DNA from: Mytilus californianus
Lineage: Eukaryota
Direction: 5' to 3'
NCBI RefSeq assembly: GCF_021869535.1
Contig: NW_026262679.1
Span: 72,602,001 to 72,666,000, forward strand
DNA length: 64,000 nucleotides
Shown: positions 49,591 through 63,864 of the stretch, in pieces
Numbering within the stretch: the first letter of the stretch is position 1
How the letters are laid out: every line of letters starts with the position of its first letter
Notes under the pieces: model-generated
The model's database searches: none
What the model was told of the DNA's origin: nothing
The model's input: only the letters and a program-made list of their open reading frames with translations
Made by a program: the position numbers and the translations under genes

Positions 49591-50812
49591 CACTGGTAAA
49601 AAGCTAGGTCGTTTTCACAGGGCGGTCTGCCCGCCCTTTCCCGAGTGCCACCCTGTGCCCTTTTTACAGTTTGCAGGGCGCCCTGCCTTTTTTGAAGATC
49701 GATTGGTATATTATTTTGTTCGTATTGATATGATCAGCCAATTACGAAAATTTACCTGGCGACAAGTATATGACTTTGTTTACGACCCCAAGCTAATCAA
49801 CGGTTACAACAGGTGTCATAATCTGTTGTTATAGGTAATCCGTTTATCGGATGGGTCATTTAATGATCATCAACATTAATTCATTCAAACAGAATCGGTC
49901 AGTCGGCATTTGTCTTTGAACTTGAAGAAATGTTCATACAACTTGGGCACAATTAGCAATGTTTACCGTAGTTTCATGGAGAAAACGTCATTGACAGAAA
50001 GTCGAAAACCATAATCAACTTGTTAAAAACATTGCTCTTATTGTTTTCCGTGAAATAAATAGCAAATTAAGACGTATTTTTCATTGACTGCCTTCATTTT
50101 TTATAAGAAAATAACAAAATCGGCCGCCATATTGTTGATCGTATTTACATCTTCTACGTACTGTTTATTATCCTCCAAAGAAGGAGCACACCCAAATAAA
50201 GAAAGATAACTCAATCTTATTTTTTCCTAGCATTGAGTAACCTACTAAGATATTATAAAATATGTCTTCATACTTCTGGCTTTAGAATTTATATGTTTAG
50301 GTGTTTTGAGTTATGGGAAAAGTTAAAGAGGGTCTTATTAGCAGGGTTTGTAGGGTGCCTTGGTCATTTTATGTATTTTTTATTTTCAATCCAAATTTTC
50401 ACTGTTCACTATATCCTAACATTGTGCATTTACAGCTGTTTTGTGCTGTATTGCCATTAAGCACAGAAAAGGCAGAAAGGTGAAACTTGTAAAGTGTGTC
50501 AGACCATAGAAACAGAATGAAGCAGGACATTTTTCAAAAAATACTGCATATAAAGCTTAACTGTGCCAAGCAATGATTTAAAACTTGTCTGACAAGCTGC
50601 TTGACAAGTTTTCAGCCTAAAAAGTAGAAAGATAGTTTTTCTCTGGGCTAATGATGTTGTTCTTGTATATATATAACCAGTGATTCAATGAACAAACAAT
50701 GTTTTATTATAATCTTTATTAAAACATGCCTTTTTCATATTATCATATCACACGTTAAATGCCCTTTTTCAGGATTGGCACCCTGCCCTTTTTAAATCCT
50801 AGTTGGAACACT
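49591..50812. mobile_element. Possible decayed hAT-like non-autonomous element
   Basis: Right end ...aaatcctagttggaacactg; GC-rich caccctgccctttt subterminal motifs at both ends; left TIR degenerate. Confidence 0.35.
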
Positions 50813-52814
50813 GGCTTGTATAATTTTTTTCCACTACATGTAACTGAAATAAATTGCTACTACATGTACGTATACTTGTACATGTAGCTAAAACTTTCAA
50901 AATCAATTTCTTATCCTATCATTCATAATTAGACATTGTAGGTAAGATTTCTTTAAAGCATATCATGTCAATTCATATACTGTAGTCTGTGGTTCAGTAA
51001 CTTCACTGTTGATGCCCATAGATTTTGCTGACAATCTCTCCTTCGGACTTTGTAAACTTTTTAACAATCATTTGAATGCTTTAATTTATAAAACAAAGTT
51101 TAAACATAAGGGGCCAAAACGTGTGATCAGGGTTTCCTTCTTTAAAAGTAAAGGGTCAGTAGTCGATAAATTTGTTTTAAAATTACTTTTGGTTGGAATA
51201 AGGAAAATAATGCATTATCAGTTGATCCGGTTCCGATATTATACATACCCCTTACCAGTAGTCTGTTGTTTAAAGTGTCAATGGTCATAGTCATGTGGCC
51301 ACATTTTTGATCATTTCTGTCTCGTATTTTGATGACATTCATTGTAAGTTAGCGGTTGCGCAACAATAACTAATTTGTTGATAAAAAGTCTTTGAATAAA
51401 TCATCATAAGAACATTGGGGACTCTCAGGAAACCCTGAACAACACATGAAATATATATTTTTTGGCCTCAGTTAGAAGCTACAAATGTATAATTTAACAA
51501 AGATTTTAATAAATAAAAGCTGAAAGTAGGATAAAATAAAAGATATTTTTGAATATAATTTTTTTGTTACATACTGTACATGTGGATTCATTTGATTCCT
51601 GGGATTTTTGATTTCCTTGAATAATTTGGGTCACCGCTAATAACAAATTTAAGAATTCAAAGAAGAATAACTACACACTAGTGTTGTAATTGTGTAAAGA
51701 ATGAATGAATTACGAATACAGAACAGCCCAGGGATTTTCCAACCCTCATTTTGGGTCCGAATTTGGGCCTCAATCCCAAAGAGAAATATGCACTTTTTTT
51801 CCCAATTTTCAGTCTTTAAACTCCCAATCACATATAGACATCCACGAGAGATTTTGTTGGTGTCGTATCATGTTTTTTGTTTGCAAATCTCTTGAATCTT
51901 GTTTGCAATTCATGCAGTTATTCCTTCTCAGAATGCAGGATTTTGCACCTAATTTTTCAAAATTTTCTTTGGGGGGCATGTCCCCAAACCCCCCTAGCCA
52001 GTTGCACACGGCCGTGTGCCCTCTGTATAAAGGGACTAATATATTTTCCCCAAAGCCAACAATCTTCCTGTTGTGAACTTCAATGCTTTCCCTCCAAGTC
52101 TGTTACCTGGAGAACATGGCTTTAATTATTCAAATCTGTGATTTACTATGTAGTTTTAATTATAAGCACATGAACTTTTACTTTTTTATGATCGGGAAAC
52201 AGTGAAAATGGACAATCAAATGATTTACATAATGACAATTTTTCAAGATTTTCAATTCTGTGATATTGAAAACTAACATTTTGTTTTTTTAAACAGAAAT
52301 ACTATATAAAAAAACCAGCTGTACATATTTAAGCATTTTTTTTATCTAAGTTATTTGAGCGGTGATCCACAAGTTGACAAATCCCAAGAAATCTTTGTGT
52401 CTCTATCATGAAATATAGGATACCCAGAAAAATAATAAAAAAAATTATAGCAATGGTTATCAGGGTGTGAAAATATATTTAAGTTTCATTTGTACTGTCA
52501 GCGGCTTTCTTTGGACCATAAAAATGACCATGATTCTGTGCGTTTGATGAATTGATACCCACTACTCATCACATTTTTTTTCATTCAGTAGGGCAGGGTG
52601 TTGGACTTAACATATTTTGAGCTAGCTATGACACTGAATTATGTATATACACAACTTTAATAACAGTTGTGTTTGTTTGATACATGGATCAGACATGCAG
52701 TAAATAGTTAGATTACAAAAATTAATTGCCAACAAAGTATTAAAGAAAAACCAGAGATTGAAACCTCTTTACATTTACATGTATTATCAATTGAAAAATT
52801 TCTGCTTTCTATAG

Positions 52815-53056
52815 ATGCCCAGCAGGTCAGATGTCCTCTCTCCTTTGACAACACCAGCCATACAGAAACGGTCTGGTATTAGCAATACAGTAGGTAGTTT
52901 TGTGTCTCCATCAACAAGCAGACATAAAGGAATGGATAGTCCGGTGACTATGTATATGGAAGAATATGATGCTGGTACTGAGAAGCGTGATCGACGTCGC
53001 TCCAGAGCATTAGAACTGAAACAAACTGTTGGGAGTCCTGCTTCACCTGCAGAAAG
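52815..53056 (+). CDS. NCAPH: NCAPH coding exon 1
   Basis: tttctatag|ATG; GAA AG|gtacat. Confidence 0.8.
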
Positions 53057-56000
53057 GTACATTGTTGTTTAATTTATATGTCGACATATACATGCCTAAT
53101 GTATTCCACCTTTGCTATGACAAACCTTGGAACCACTAGTGTAAACTGAAAAGACTCTTATTTAAGGAATAATTGTAAACATTGACTTATAAGAGATTGA
53201 GCATGTATAATATGTTGGTTTTTTTTTTTAAATGTGTGCACAAAACAATGATGTTAGGTTTAAATCTTTATTGGTGGACCATGAAATCAATATTACTTTG
53301 ATTTATTACATATTGATTGAGTAGCAATTATTATTAGTCTATCAACTCTTGAAGCAGATATCAAAATGATGATTGAAAAACCTGTTTGATCAGTTTCTGT
53401 TTATATCAAGAATTCATGGTTCATCTAACAGAAAAAGCAAACTAAAGTTTATGCAGTAACATAAAAATAAGGAGATGAGGTATGATTGCCAATTAGACAA
53501 CTATCAACAAGAGTTCATGTGATGTGGATTTAAGCAATTATTGGCTCCTAACTTGGGACAGGCACTTAAAGAATGTGGCGGAGTTAAACATGTTTGAGCG
53601 CTCAACTCTCCCCTAACCTGGAACAGTGGTGTTACAGCACAACAAACAAAAAAATGCTCAAATAGTTAAGCTGTAATTGAAAGAAAGTTCACAGTGGTTG
53701 AGCTTTGGTAATTTTCCCTAGTTTTACAAAAGAAATTTGGGCTTGAGTTATCTTTCTTTGCATACAATTTTCATATTTAAAGAAAAATTGCATTGTATGG
53801 TAACACAAGAGTGTTTAATTTCATTTATAGTTCAAATTTAAAGCAATGCAAAGGTTATAATCACTTGATAAATGACAGTTTCTAGCTTGAATTATGACTC
53901 AATCTTTGTACACAAGATGTAAATAAAAAATTTTAAAAATGCAGACTGACCAACCCTATTTTATCAAAACTGTTGATGTAAACACATAAATTTTTTGGCA
54001 TAAATAATTATCCATATAACTAGTTCTGTTGTTGTTGTGCAGTAATTGCTATACATAGGATGCATTTGCATTGTGTATTAAACAAATTTTTCTCCTTTAT
54101 ATTTTCAGGCCAAGTTCTGTTTCATCAAGCCATGGATTAACAGCTAATCAACTTTCCGAACATTATACCAACTGTATAAAGCTGTCAGCAGAAAATGTAT
54201 GGCAATTTTATTTTTTGAATTATTTTCAACCTGAACTCAATGAATAAGTTTTTTTCAAACTATCTGGTTTAAGAAGTTAGTTGTAATTGTATGAAATGGA
54301 CATATAGGTTTTATTTTTGCAGAAACTGCCTTTAAATTGATTGTGGCAACCCTTATATTGTATATGAATAAAATGATAATTTGGTAAAAATAAATATAAC
54401 AGCAATCCAACAACACAATCAAACAAAAAAACAATTAGTGGTTGTCAGACATATTTTGGTATTCATTTATATACATGATATACAATGTAATTTACATACC
54501 AACATGAAGTGATTATTTTTTTTATACATTTTATTAAGCATGTAAAGAATGCTTTTAGAGTTATTTAATGGGACAAATATAAATGCTGGGGTTTTGTTTT
54601 TTCATTGAAAAAAAGAATCATGAACAAATCAAATGTGTTATTTTTAGTATTTGTTTACTGAAGAATCCATTCTTTTGTTAATTAATTTCTTTTCAGTTCT
54701 ATGATGATTGTTATAGAACCTTTTTATATAATTGTTAGCCGTTCAAAATTGTCTTTTGGAAATAAAAATGTTCTTTGAGCTAAATATAATATCTACTTGA
54801 TTTTATCCTGTAAGAGCAGTTATTGTGAACAGATATCATAATCATCAAATATTCATGTCACAGACTAAATTAAGTTGGAACATTTCCATAAACAAAATTT
54901 AGTTCATATATGAAAAATTTATGCTTTATTTCCGAGGTCAACTTACATAGTATTATTTCAATACCTATATTACCTGCAACAATGCATTTTATAGTTTATT
55001 TCTCATGCCCATAAAATGCCCCAAAATGTGATTGCTTTGTCATGAAGTTTTTATGAATACTTTCTTTTCCAGAAAATAAATTCCAAGAATGCCTTTGGAT
55101 TACATTTAATAGATTATATGTCAGATTTGGTCAAGAAAAAAGAATTAGAAAACTTTCAGGTAACTCAGCTAATTTACAAATACAGAGCTGTTTCTCTAAT
55201 GGTACCATTATTGATGTAAAACACTACAGATATTGTGATTTGTTCAAAGGTGATCTGGTTATTAGGTAAAGTCTAGAACATATTTAAGGGTTTAGTAGTA
55301 AAAATCCATTAGATGGTGTGGCGTCTTTTAAAGTTCCTTCAAAGTCCACCATGTCCTTTTTTTAACAGTCCTTATTGTAGAATGGCTTCTGTTGAGCAAT
55401 ATGCTTGGAAATGAAATGCATTATTATGGTCTTAACAGCAAAAAAATAAATTAAAGGCTGTTTGAATATGAGTGTGAATTATCTTTTTCTTTTACTCTCA
55501 GAAATGTTTATGGCAAATCTTGCTCCTATTATACGTTTCTAATATATATCTTGTGTCAAAAGGCTATTTTATGTCAGATATTGTATGGCAATTATTATAC
55601 TTTTTATGTCACAGTAAATTTACAAATGATATATCTACATTATAATTAACCTTTTTAAACAATTATCAATAAAATTGGCATACATTTGAAAGGTTAAAAA
55701 TTTTTACTACCGTTGGAATTTCAGGGGCCAAATGGTTGTTATTATCACACTATGGCCTGTTTTTTATTTTGTATTTACTTATTTTTTAGGTTGCCAGTAC
55801 CACATTAGATGCTAGTGCTAAAATCTATGCAGGGAGAGTGGATGCTATACATGCTGAGACTTATAAAGTATTGTCTGGTTTAGGATCAAGTAAAGACAAA
55901 TCCAAACAGGATGATGGAGGTTTGTAATATTTATAAATGAAATTTTGAAAAATGAACTGGACTCAAAATTACACTTCATCACAGTTATTTGTAAATAATT

Positions 56001-59000
56001 TAACTTATTAGGAGACCAGCAAAACATGAATTCAGAATGTTTTTGTGACATTTTTAATACTAAAATGCAATAGGGTTAGTATCACATTATTAGTATGCAG
56101 CTTCTCCTGAAATTACATTAATCAATTGCACATTTTTTGCATCAATCAACAATTGTGAAAATAAATGCATACAATAATTTCTGAATTGACAGTATTCAAG
56201 ACAGTTATATTTTTAGTACAGGTACGGTATATCCGAAATGTGTGATACTGACATCAAATTGCATCTGTTGTCTGTCATTTACGTCTCTTATTTTTATATC
56301 TTGTCATGTTATCTGACCTGGGCTACCTAAACACATGTATTTCTCAAAACAAGAAAAATGACAATTGATGAAACACACGCTTTAACAAATGAAGTCATCT
56401 CTATCAGTTTGGCCAATACAAAACAATCATAACCTTAGAAGGTATAGGTCACTGTTATTTTGACATATAAATGATATAAAATTCAATGAGAGAGAGAAAT
56501 TGACACAACATATATATTTATAGTAGAGCACGTTTTTGATGTGAGTGATTTTTTTGTTGTCCAAGGGGAACCTTTTATCTTACATTCGCCAAATAAGATC
56601 TAATATCTTAATGCCACTATAATCATTAGTTTCAGATATAAATACATTTTTATTGATAGCAGATTTTGCTATAACTTAATTTCAATATGAATTTTATTTT
56701 AGCCCTATCATTCCTTGGTAATTAAATTTCTTTGTAATTCCACACTGACACTTTTTTTCTTTCAGAGGAAGGAGCTGATGAAGAAATGGCAGATAATGAA
56801 GATACACCAGAAAATGAACAGATTAAGAAAAAGAAAAAAGTAAGACACACTCCCAACAGATTTTTGGTGGAAACTATAGTATTTTATTTAGATTTTTTTT
56901 AAAAATGCTTTATTATCAGTTTAATAGGAAGCATCTTGCCATACATATGGAATATGACCATTGACAGACATAATTTTTGAACAAAGCACTTTTTTTTATA
57001 ATTTGCATTGTAAAGAACAAGCTTAAAATGCTTCTAAAATTACCGAAACAGAATGTAATCAGACCTAAGGTGATTGAAATTTGTAATCATTTTACAGACT
57101 ACTTAAGGTTGGAAATTAAAAAAAAGTTAAGATGAAAGAACAACACAAAGACAGATTTGAAGATCAGACACGGATTACAATTCCCAAGATTTTTATTCTT
57201 GAGAAGATAAAGAATGAGAAATGAGGATTATATTTCTTAAATCCCTCAACAACTTTTTAGGTTTGAAGTTGTCTTTTACACTGTACGACTTGTTTTATAT
57301 GTGTATAAACCTCACACTATTGTTTTTTTTGCTTCAAAAATGGTAATCAAGACAGCTGGCTTTGAACATGGTAAATTCAGAAATCATGTGCAATTGTTAA
57401 TCAACAGACAAAAATATACGAGATTAGTAATTGTGATTTCTTTAAATGCTGCATAAAGATAAGATTGTGAGAATTAAGAATGCAAATTCTTAATAATGTT
57501 ATGCTTATCCCTTCCATTTTTGATAATTTCTAAAACTAACGGTATGTAAAGTCAACAATATTGTTCATTTTACAGTTGACAGATCTACTTTGGTGTATCC
57601 TTCACTTTGTTTTAAAAAGGTGTTCCATTCTGCTGCTTGTTATTTTTGCTACATTTTTGGGTTCTGTCTTTATAATTAGCAGCATATCCTTTTACTAGCA
57701 TACAACGTGGTGCACATATTCACTCTTAACAATGGACAAGTTTTACTTTGTCCTTTATAAACCCCTAGTGGAACAAGATATATTTATTTTATCAGTTTGA
57801 TAACTTTCCATTGAACCATCAAAAATGAATTAGGGGCCTCGGTGGCTGAGTGGTCTAAGTAGTTACTACTATAATCACTAGCCAGTCAACACTGAGGTTG
57901 TGAGTTCGAACCCCGCTTGTGCGGGTGCACTCGACTCCAATTTTAATTGACTAGAATTGTCAGTTTTCCTATCGAAGGTCAGTGGTTTTCTCCGGGCACT
58001 CTATGGCTTCCTCCACCAATAAAAACTGGCCGCCACGAAATAGCCCAAAAGCGGTGCTTAAAAGTGGCTTTAAAACACCAAAAATCAAAAAATCAAATCA
58101 AAAATGAATTGAAAGCTTCAGATTTTTTTTACTCATGGAGCATTTGTTTCTTACTAGAAGTACCAAAATGATCACTTACATAAATGTTATTTTCAGAAAA
58201 AACATACAACAGTGGAAACAAATCTAAAGAACATTACAGCTGCTAAAGTAGACTTGGCATTTGAAGTAGATCCTATGTTTCAACTGATGTCAGAGGCCTT
58301 TGATGAAGGAGGAACCATGGGATTGCTACATAATACGTTAAGGTGTTTTAATGATGATCAGGAACTGGTCTTAGATTCAAGTACTGTTGTAAATGCTGAT
58401 GATGAAATTCAACCATCACAAAATAAACCTATAGATTTAAGTGATATAAAAGGTTTGTACAATTTAGTTATTGCTTTACTTTATAAGTCTCAATAGAAAT
58501 ACAAAAAGAGTACTGAAATAAAAAGATCCAAATCTGTCCATATAGTTATACTGGTTCACCCCGTCTATGTCCCATAATATTTTCATTGCATCTTTCTCAG
58601 ATCTACAAATCAGAGCTCCCTGAGAATGGGTAGCAATGTTAATGTGAGCAAGCTATACCCTGTGATAATTTTCACATTCATAGCTCATCAATTTCCTGTT
58701 CACAGAGTACTCTCATATTCTGACACATTATGGCCATGTATGAAATTTTCTTCATATTGTTCTCAGGAACAATGAATCGAAAATCCCCAAAATTTGGTTT
58801 CGAGCTTCATTTGAACATGCTATACTGTGTGAAGCCTTTTCACAATCATTGTTCATCCACTTTCTGTATACTGAAAATTCTTACACATGATAGTTATGTA
58901 TGAAATTATTGTTGCATTGTTCTTCGGAACTATAAATCATAACTCCCACACATAAGTAAGCATGCTTAAAATATTGTGATGTGTTTTTACATTCATTGCT

Positions 59001-62000
59001 TTTTAACTTACTGTTTACTAAACACTTATAAAAAAGGGTATCATGACTGCTCACAGTTCAATGGATTTATACAGAAAAAACCACACTTTGTTGATTTGAT
59101 CACAATATATAAAAAATTACAGAATACAGTCACATATATGTTTACATGATATATTCTTTTTGGGATGATCCTAATTCAACTTCTCATTTTATTTTATAGA
59201 AATGTTTAGAGGTATAAATTTAGAGTCAAAAGAAGTTTGTCCATCATTTTCAAGTTTTACTTTCATGGATTGGGATGAAAATGCTGAGGTAAAGTTGTTT
59301 ATTCATCTGTTATATTCTCAAGTCTATATATTTTTTATTCAAACTTAAACTATAAATTATGTTGCTGTGACTGTAAAGAAATACATGCTTAATCTTACTG
59401 AAATAATTTTTGCAGTAGGTCCACATTTTATATAATCTATTTTTCTATTAGCCAAACCATATGCCATTTAGTGTTGTTACAAACTTTTTTACTGCATGAA
59501 AACCATATAATACTTTAAGGCACATATCACCATGGATTATTCATTATTTATCATAATAATTCAAATTATATGATGGAAAAGAAAAGGATATGGTGTATCA
59601 GTTCATGAAACATAATCACTATACTCACATGTAAATCTAAAAGCAAAGGACTATAATTCATATTTACTGTGAATATTAGAATAAATTGCAAATTATCCTC
59701 AAACTATGAAATTATTATCAATGAAAAACGTTTTTTCAGGACACCACAGTGCACTCACAAGACAATGGAGACCATGCATTTGACATGAATGCTGAACATG
59801 AACCCATACCTGAGGCTGACAATGATAATGATGATATGCCTGATATGGCTGGAGATTTTCCTGATAATGATTATGCAGGTAGAATATACATTTACTTAAT
59901 ATTGACACACATACTATTTTAATGAACCAATAAGAACCATCACAGTGCTTGTAAACCTCTTTGTTTTTAACAATTTTACTAATATGTTAAAATCATAAGC
60001 CATATACGTTAGATTAAGAGTCATTGCACTTTTATAATATTTCAGAATCAGATACCAGTGTACATGATGAGAACCAAAATAATGGAATCACAATAGGTGA
60101 TGGTAAAGCTGCTGAAATGGCTGAAACCATTGAAAGTATCAAGTAAGTAGGTTGTATTCATGTCCATTATAGGAATGTACCATGGCATATTAAATTACCG
60201 TTAATGATTGAGTTTTGTGTAAACATCTAGCTATAAAACCAGGTTCAATCCACCATTTTCTACATAAGAAAATGCCTGTACCAAGTCAGGAATATGACAG
60301 TTGTTATCCATTCGTTTGGTGTGTTTGAGCTTTTGATTTTGCCATTTGATTAGGGACTTTCCTTTTTGAATTTTCCTCGGAGTTCAGTATTTTTGTGATT
60401 TTACTTTTTATCCATAATGATATATGAACAAGCAGTAATGTTATTTTTGAAGATTCACAAAATATGGTATAGCTTGTTTTTGAGAAAATTCAATCTGAAT
60501 ATGAAGATTGGTGATTTTTGTATATTTTGTTAAAATATGACATCTATTAAATTCTCTAAGGACTGTTCCAGATTAAACTCATGGGCTGGGGGATGGGAGG
60601 CACTTTTTATAGACCCGAACTACCCATAATATAGAGTTTTCATTTTACAAATAATTCTTAATACAAAATTCTAAAGAAAATTCAACCACCCACAATTTAA
60701 TAATTTGAGTGCCTCCCATCCCCTGCAACAGCCCTTAATGGTAAATATGGTGTGAAAGTAATAAAATTGATGTTAATTTAAATGCTCTGAAAAAGTAGCC
60801 TTTGTACAAGCAAGTGATAAAATTTCATTCTAAATGTTTTGATGTAGTCACTATTAACATATTTAAAAAAAAAATGGTTTCATAGTGCAGTTTGGATGAA
60901 TTTATTAAAAAATATTTACATACTTATTTTAAAGAAAAAATACATTTAAATTTTGTGAAAATTCTATTGATTTTTTATTTCAAATTTTTCACCCATAGCA
61001 GATTATTGTAGAGAAGTTAAAGTTTTTATGATACAACAGAGGAGGGGAGGTGACTCATCAGGTTCATATGAGATATAATAGGATGTACCCCTAGATTATA
61101 ATAAATTCACAGTATTACATTATATTTTTTTTTCAGACATGGAACAACAGGAACCCTGCTGTCAGTTTTAGCTTCGGAACCTTCTGATTACTCATATTTC
61201 AATAATACTCTGATGAGAGCTTGGGCAGGACCCTCACATTGGAAAATAAAACCATTATCAAAAGGTATTTATAATCATTATTGTAAGTTGCTTTTATTAT
61301 TTTAACATTAAAATTGATGTAAAATAACAATGTTCAAATATCAGTTGCACAAAATTCAGGAGTTGATGGTAATAAATGGTTCACTATGAAATAAGTACAA
61401 CCACCTAGTTCAAAAGGTAAACAGTCAGGGGACTTATTAAAATAAGTGATTTTTAAATCACTTATTTAAGTATCAAATTTGAAGTTTTGTCACAAATTGT
61501 GATTTTGTAGTTTAACCAAAATTTTAAACACATAGGTTTAGATAATATCTTTTCATTAGTAAAATTGAAAAAAATGAACTTTTTGCTTCTTTTAAGCAGC
61601 AAGGTTTATGCCTTTGATGCAATCATTTAGCTGTAAATTCTATTTTAGTTGAAAAAATGCTATAAAAATGGCTTTACATAATGAACTGATACTTTCTTAA
61701 CAGATTTTTCCCAGCAGTGGGAGTATTTTTCCTGTAAAATTCAAGGTTTCATCTTATAGATTATGTAATAAAATTCTACTGTTCGTGATAAAAATTTCAC
61801 TGTTCGGGGGTGTTGAAATTAGTGGGGGTTATTAAAATAATGAAACTTAAAGAAGTGATTTTTTGGAAGAAAATTGAGGTATGATACTTAAACAAGTGAT
61901 TTTTATGTCATTATCCTAGATTTAGTACAAGGTCATCACCTGACATGACCTGGTCATCCTATCAACACAGATGTTGGTTCTGATAATTTTAGCAACATAA

Positions 62001-63066
62001 TTAGTCCCTGGATCATTAGTATTCTATATTTAAAGCTACAATAAAATTAAATCACTTAGTCTAGTGATTAATTTGTACTACTTAAATAGGTGATTATTAA
62101 AGAAAGACAACCCTTACTTCCAACCTTTATGGACATAATGTTACTTGAATCAGTGATTTAGAAAATCACTCATTTAAGTAAGTCCCCTGACTGGTAAAAA
62201 AACACTAAAAAAATGATGATAAAAAACACAAATTAATAAAAGCTTGTGAACATTTTTTCCCTTGCAGGGTTTAAGCAAGGTTTATCGAACAAAGAATAAA
62301 ATATAACATGATGAGAGATAATGACTTGCTAAGAAGTGTTCATTAACTATTTTTGAGTAGCTCCATTTTCTTGTCATCATAGTTATACACTTGTAATATA
62401 TTACCTGATGATTGAAATGACCCCGATTTTTTTGTAAACTTCCTTACCATGAGTATATTGCAGACTGTATTTTTTTAATGATTTAGTACCAAAAGTGCCT
62501 TAAAAATCTGTGGGGTATGCATATTGAAGTAAATTAGGGAACCCTACACACAGGTAATTTTTATACACTAACTGTTGGAGTTGGGGCTGTATTGTATCCT
62601 TCCATCTGTAAGTCCAACAGATTTTTTTTTGTCACACTTCACCAAGGAACTATTAAACAGAATGACTTTATATTTAATCAACATTTTACAGTAATGAGTT
62701 GAAATGCGGTGAAGCTTGTCAGATATCTGCTTCCTGTTTGCAGATTTTAAAGAAAACAAATATTAACATTTATGTCCACATCTTTCATGCAGCTTGCAAT
62801 ACATATATGTTGTAGCAACACTATTCTTTTCAGATAAAAGATTGAACAACCAAACAGAACAAGGAAAGAAGAAATTAAAGAAAGAACCATTTAAAATGGA
62901 CTATGAACAACAGATAGACTTTGATAGTTACTTCAAATCGTCTAGAGCAACAATGTTAACAAAAGCAACAATGATAAAACATAGTAAAAAGAAGAACACA
63001 CTCCCAAAAGATTTACATTATGATGCTGATAAGTTGTTTAGATTATTTCAGAAAGCCAAAGTTATG
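52815..63066 (+). CDS. NCAPH: Condensin complex subunit 2 (CAP-H/Barren kleisin), 11 coding exons in window (521 aa), 3' end beyond window
   Basis: join(52815-53056,54109-54196,55073-55159,55790-55919,56766-56839,58197-58452,59200-59288,59740-59878,60046-60142,61137-61264,62834-63066), all GT-AG and in phase. Hallmarks: [50 protein letters not shown]...FDEGG, YSYF...[16 protein letters not shown]. Confidence 0.95.
54109..54196 (+). CDS. NCAPH: NCAPH coding exon 2
   Basis: [12 protein letters not shown]; ttttcag acceptor, gtatgg donor. Confidence 0.9.
55073..55159 (+). CDS. NCAPH: NCAPH coding exon 3
   Basis: [29 protein letters not shown]. Confidence 0.92.
55790..55919 (+). CDS. NCAPH: NCAPH coding exon 4
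   Basis: [32 protein letters not shown]. Confidence 0.92.
56766..56839 (+). CDS. NCAPH: NCAPH coding exon 5
   Basis: Acidic then basic linker; ttcag acceptor, gtaaga donor, phases fit. Confidence 0.85.
57833..58100 (+). mobile_element. Full-length tRNA-derived SINE with 14-bp TSD in an NCAPH intron
   Basis: A-box tggctgagtgg, B-box gagttcgaacc, central ggttttctccgggcactc..gcttcctcc (V/Meta-type conserved domain), (aaatc)n tail; atcaaaaatgaatt at 57818-57831 and 58097-58110. Confidence 0.85.
58197..58452 (+). CDS. NCAPH: NCAPH coding exon 6
   Basis: [27 protein letters not shown]...LVLDS. Confidence 0.92.
59200..59288 (+). CDS. NCAPH: NCAPH coding exon 7
   Basis: [15 protein letters not shown]. 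Confidence 0.9.
59740..59878 (+). CDS. NCAPH: NCAPH coding exon 8
   Basis: [11 protein letters not shown] acidic segment; phases fit. Confidence 0.88.
60046..60142 (+). CDS. NCAPH: NCAPH coding exon 9
   Basis: ttcag acceptor, gtaagt donor, phase 1 to 2. Confidence 0.85.
60560..60734. mobile_element. Tourist/Harbinger-like MITE
   Basis: taa|gggactgtt ... aacagccc|tta ends; internal inverted ggggatgggaggcact / agtgcctcccatcccc. Confidence 0.55.
61137..61264 (+). CDS. NCAPH: NCAPH coding exon 10
   Basis: [24 protein letters not shown]. Confidence 0.92.
61422..62193. mobile_element. Non-autonomous TIR DNA transposon with 5-bp TSD GTAAA
   Basis: cagtcaggggactta... / ...taagtcccctgactg TIRs; gtaaa on both flanks; internal aagtgatttt repeats. 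Confidence 0.8.
62834..63066 (+). CDS. NCAPH: NCAPH coding exon 11 (last in window)
   Basis: ...[22 protein letters not shown]; donor ATG|gtaaga. Confidence 0.9.
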
Positions 63067-63864
63067 GTAAGAATATTATGCCCCTACAATGAAAAGATCC
63101 GATATGGTGTAGATGCTTATGAAACAAAATTATATAAACTTACTAGAACTGGGAGACATTATCTTCCTGTGGCATAAGTATCTCTTAATGCAGTGATGTC
63201 ATCTCCTTCATTAAAAAAAAAAGTTTTTGAATGTCTCTATTTTTCTCACAAAGATATATTTAATCCCCTATAAAAGTTTAGTGATATGTAAGTAAAGACT
63301 TCCCCTTTCTTATCACTTCAGTAGGTTATATATTTGAAATTCATAAAGATCTTACAGGTTGCACTTCTGTAAATATAGACAATGCAATTTCCCATATGAA
63401 CTCCTTTTACAGCTAAAACTACCACTTTTACTATGAAGTTTCATAAAAAATTATATCCTAGAATGGAAAGCTCATATGCACTGCTATTTTTTTTAAAGGT
63501 CAAAATAAAGGGCTGTGCGGCATATTTTCAACATTTATATGCCCCGAACTTCTTAGAGTTTAAACTTCTACTAAAATTCTGTTCTACCCCTCACTTCACT
63601 TTGTGTCTTCCTCAGAATTCAATTTTGCCACTATTCATGTGTATTTATACTGGTAACCACCCCAAGTTATGTCTCTACGAGATGAAACATAGAGATCATA
63701 TCTGGGAACCAGTAGGTAAGCAAAACAAAATATCTATGAATATTATATATCTCCCCAAAAGAGGCTTGGTTTGTGAAACTGCTGTATTTACAAAGTACAA
63801 CCTACATAACTCTGTGTCTGCTCTTTGTAAAAAGAATCATCAAAGATATCAGGCTTATGATTTT

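Noticed and set aside
50100-50240. Candidate NCAPH promoter (GGCCGCCATATTG, nearby TTTGAA and CCAAT)
   Set aside because: It sits inside a probable DNA-transposon remnant (49591-50812) and there is no clear donor; not supportable without TSS data.
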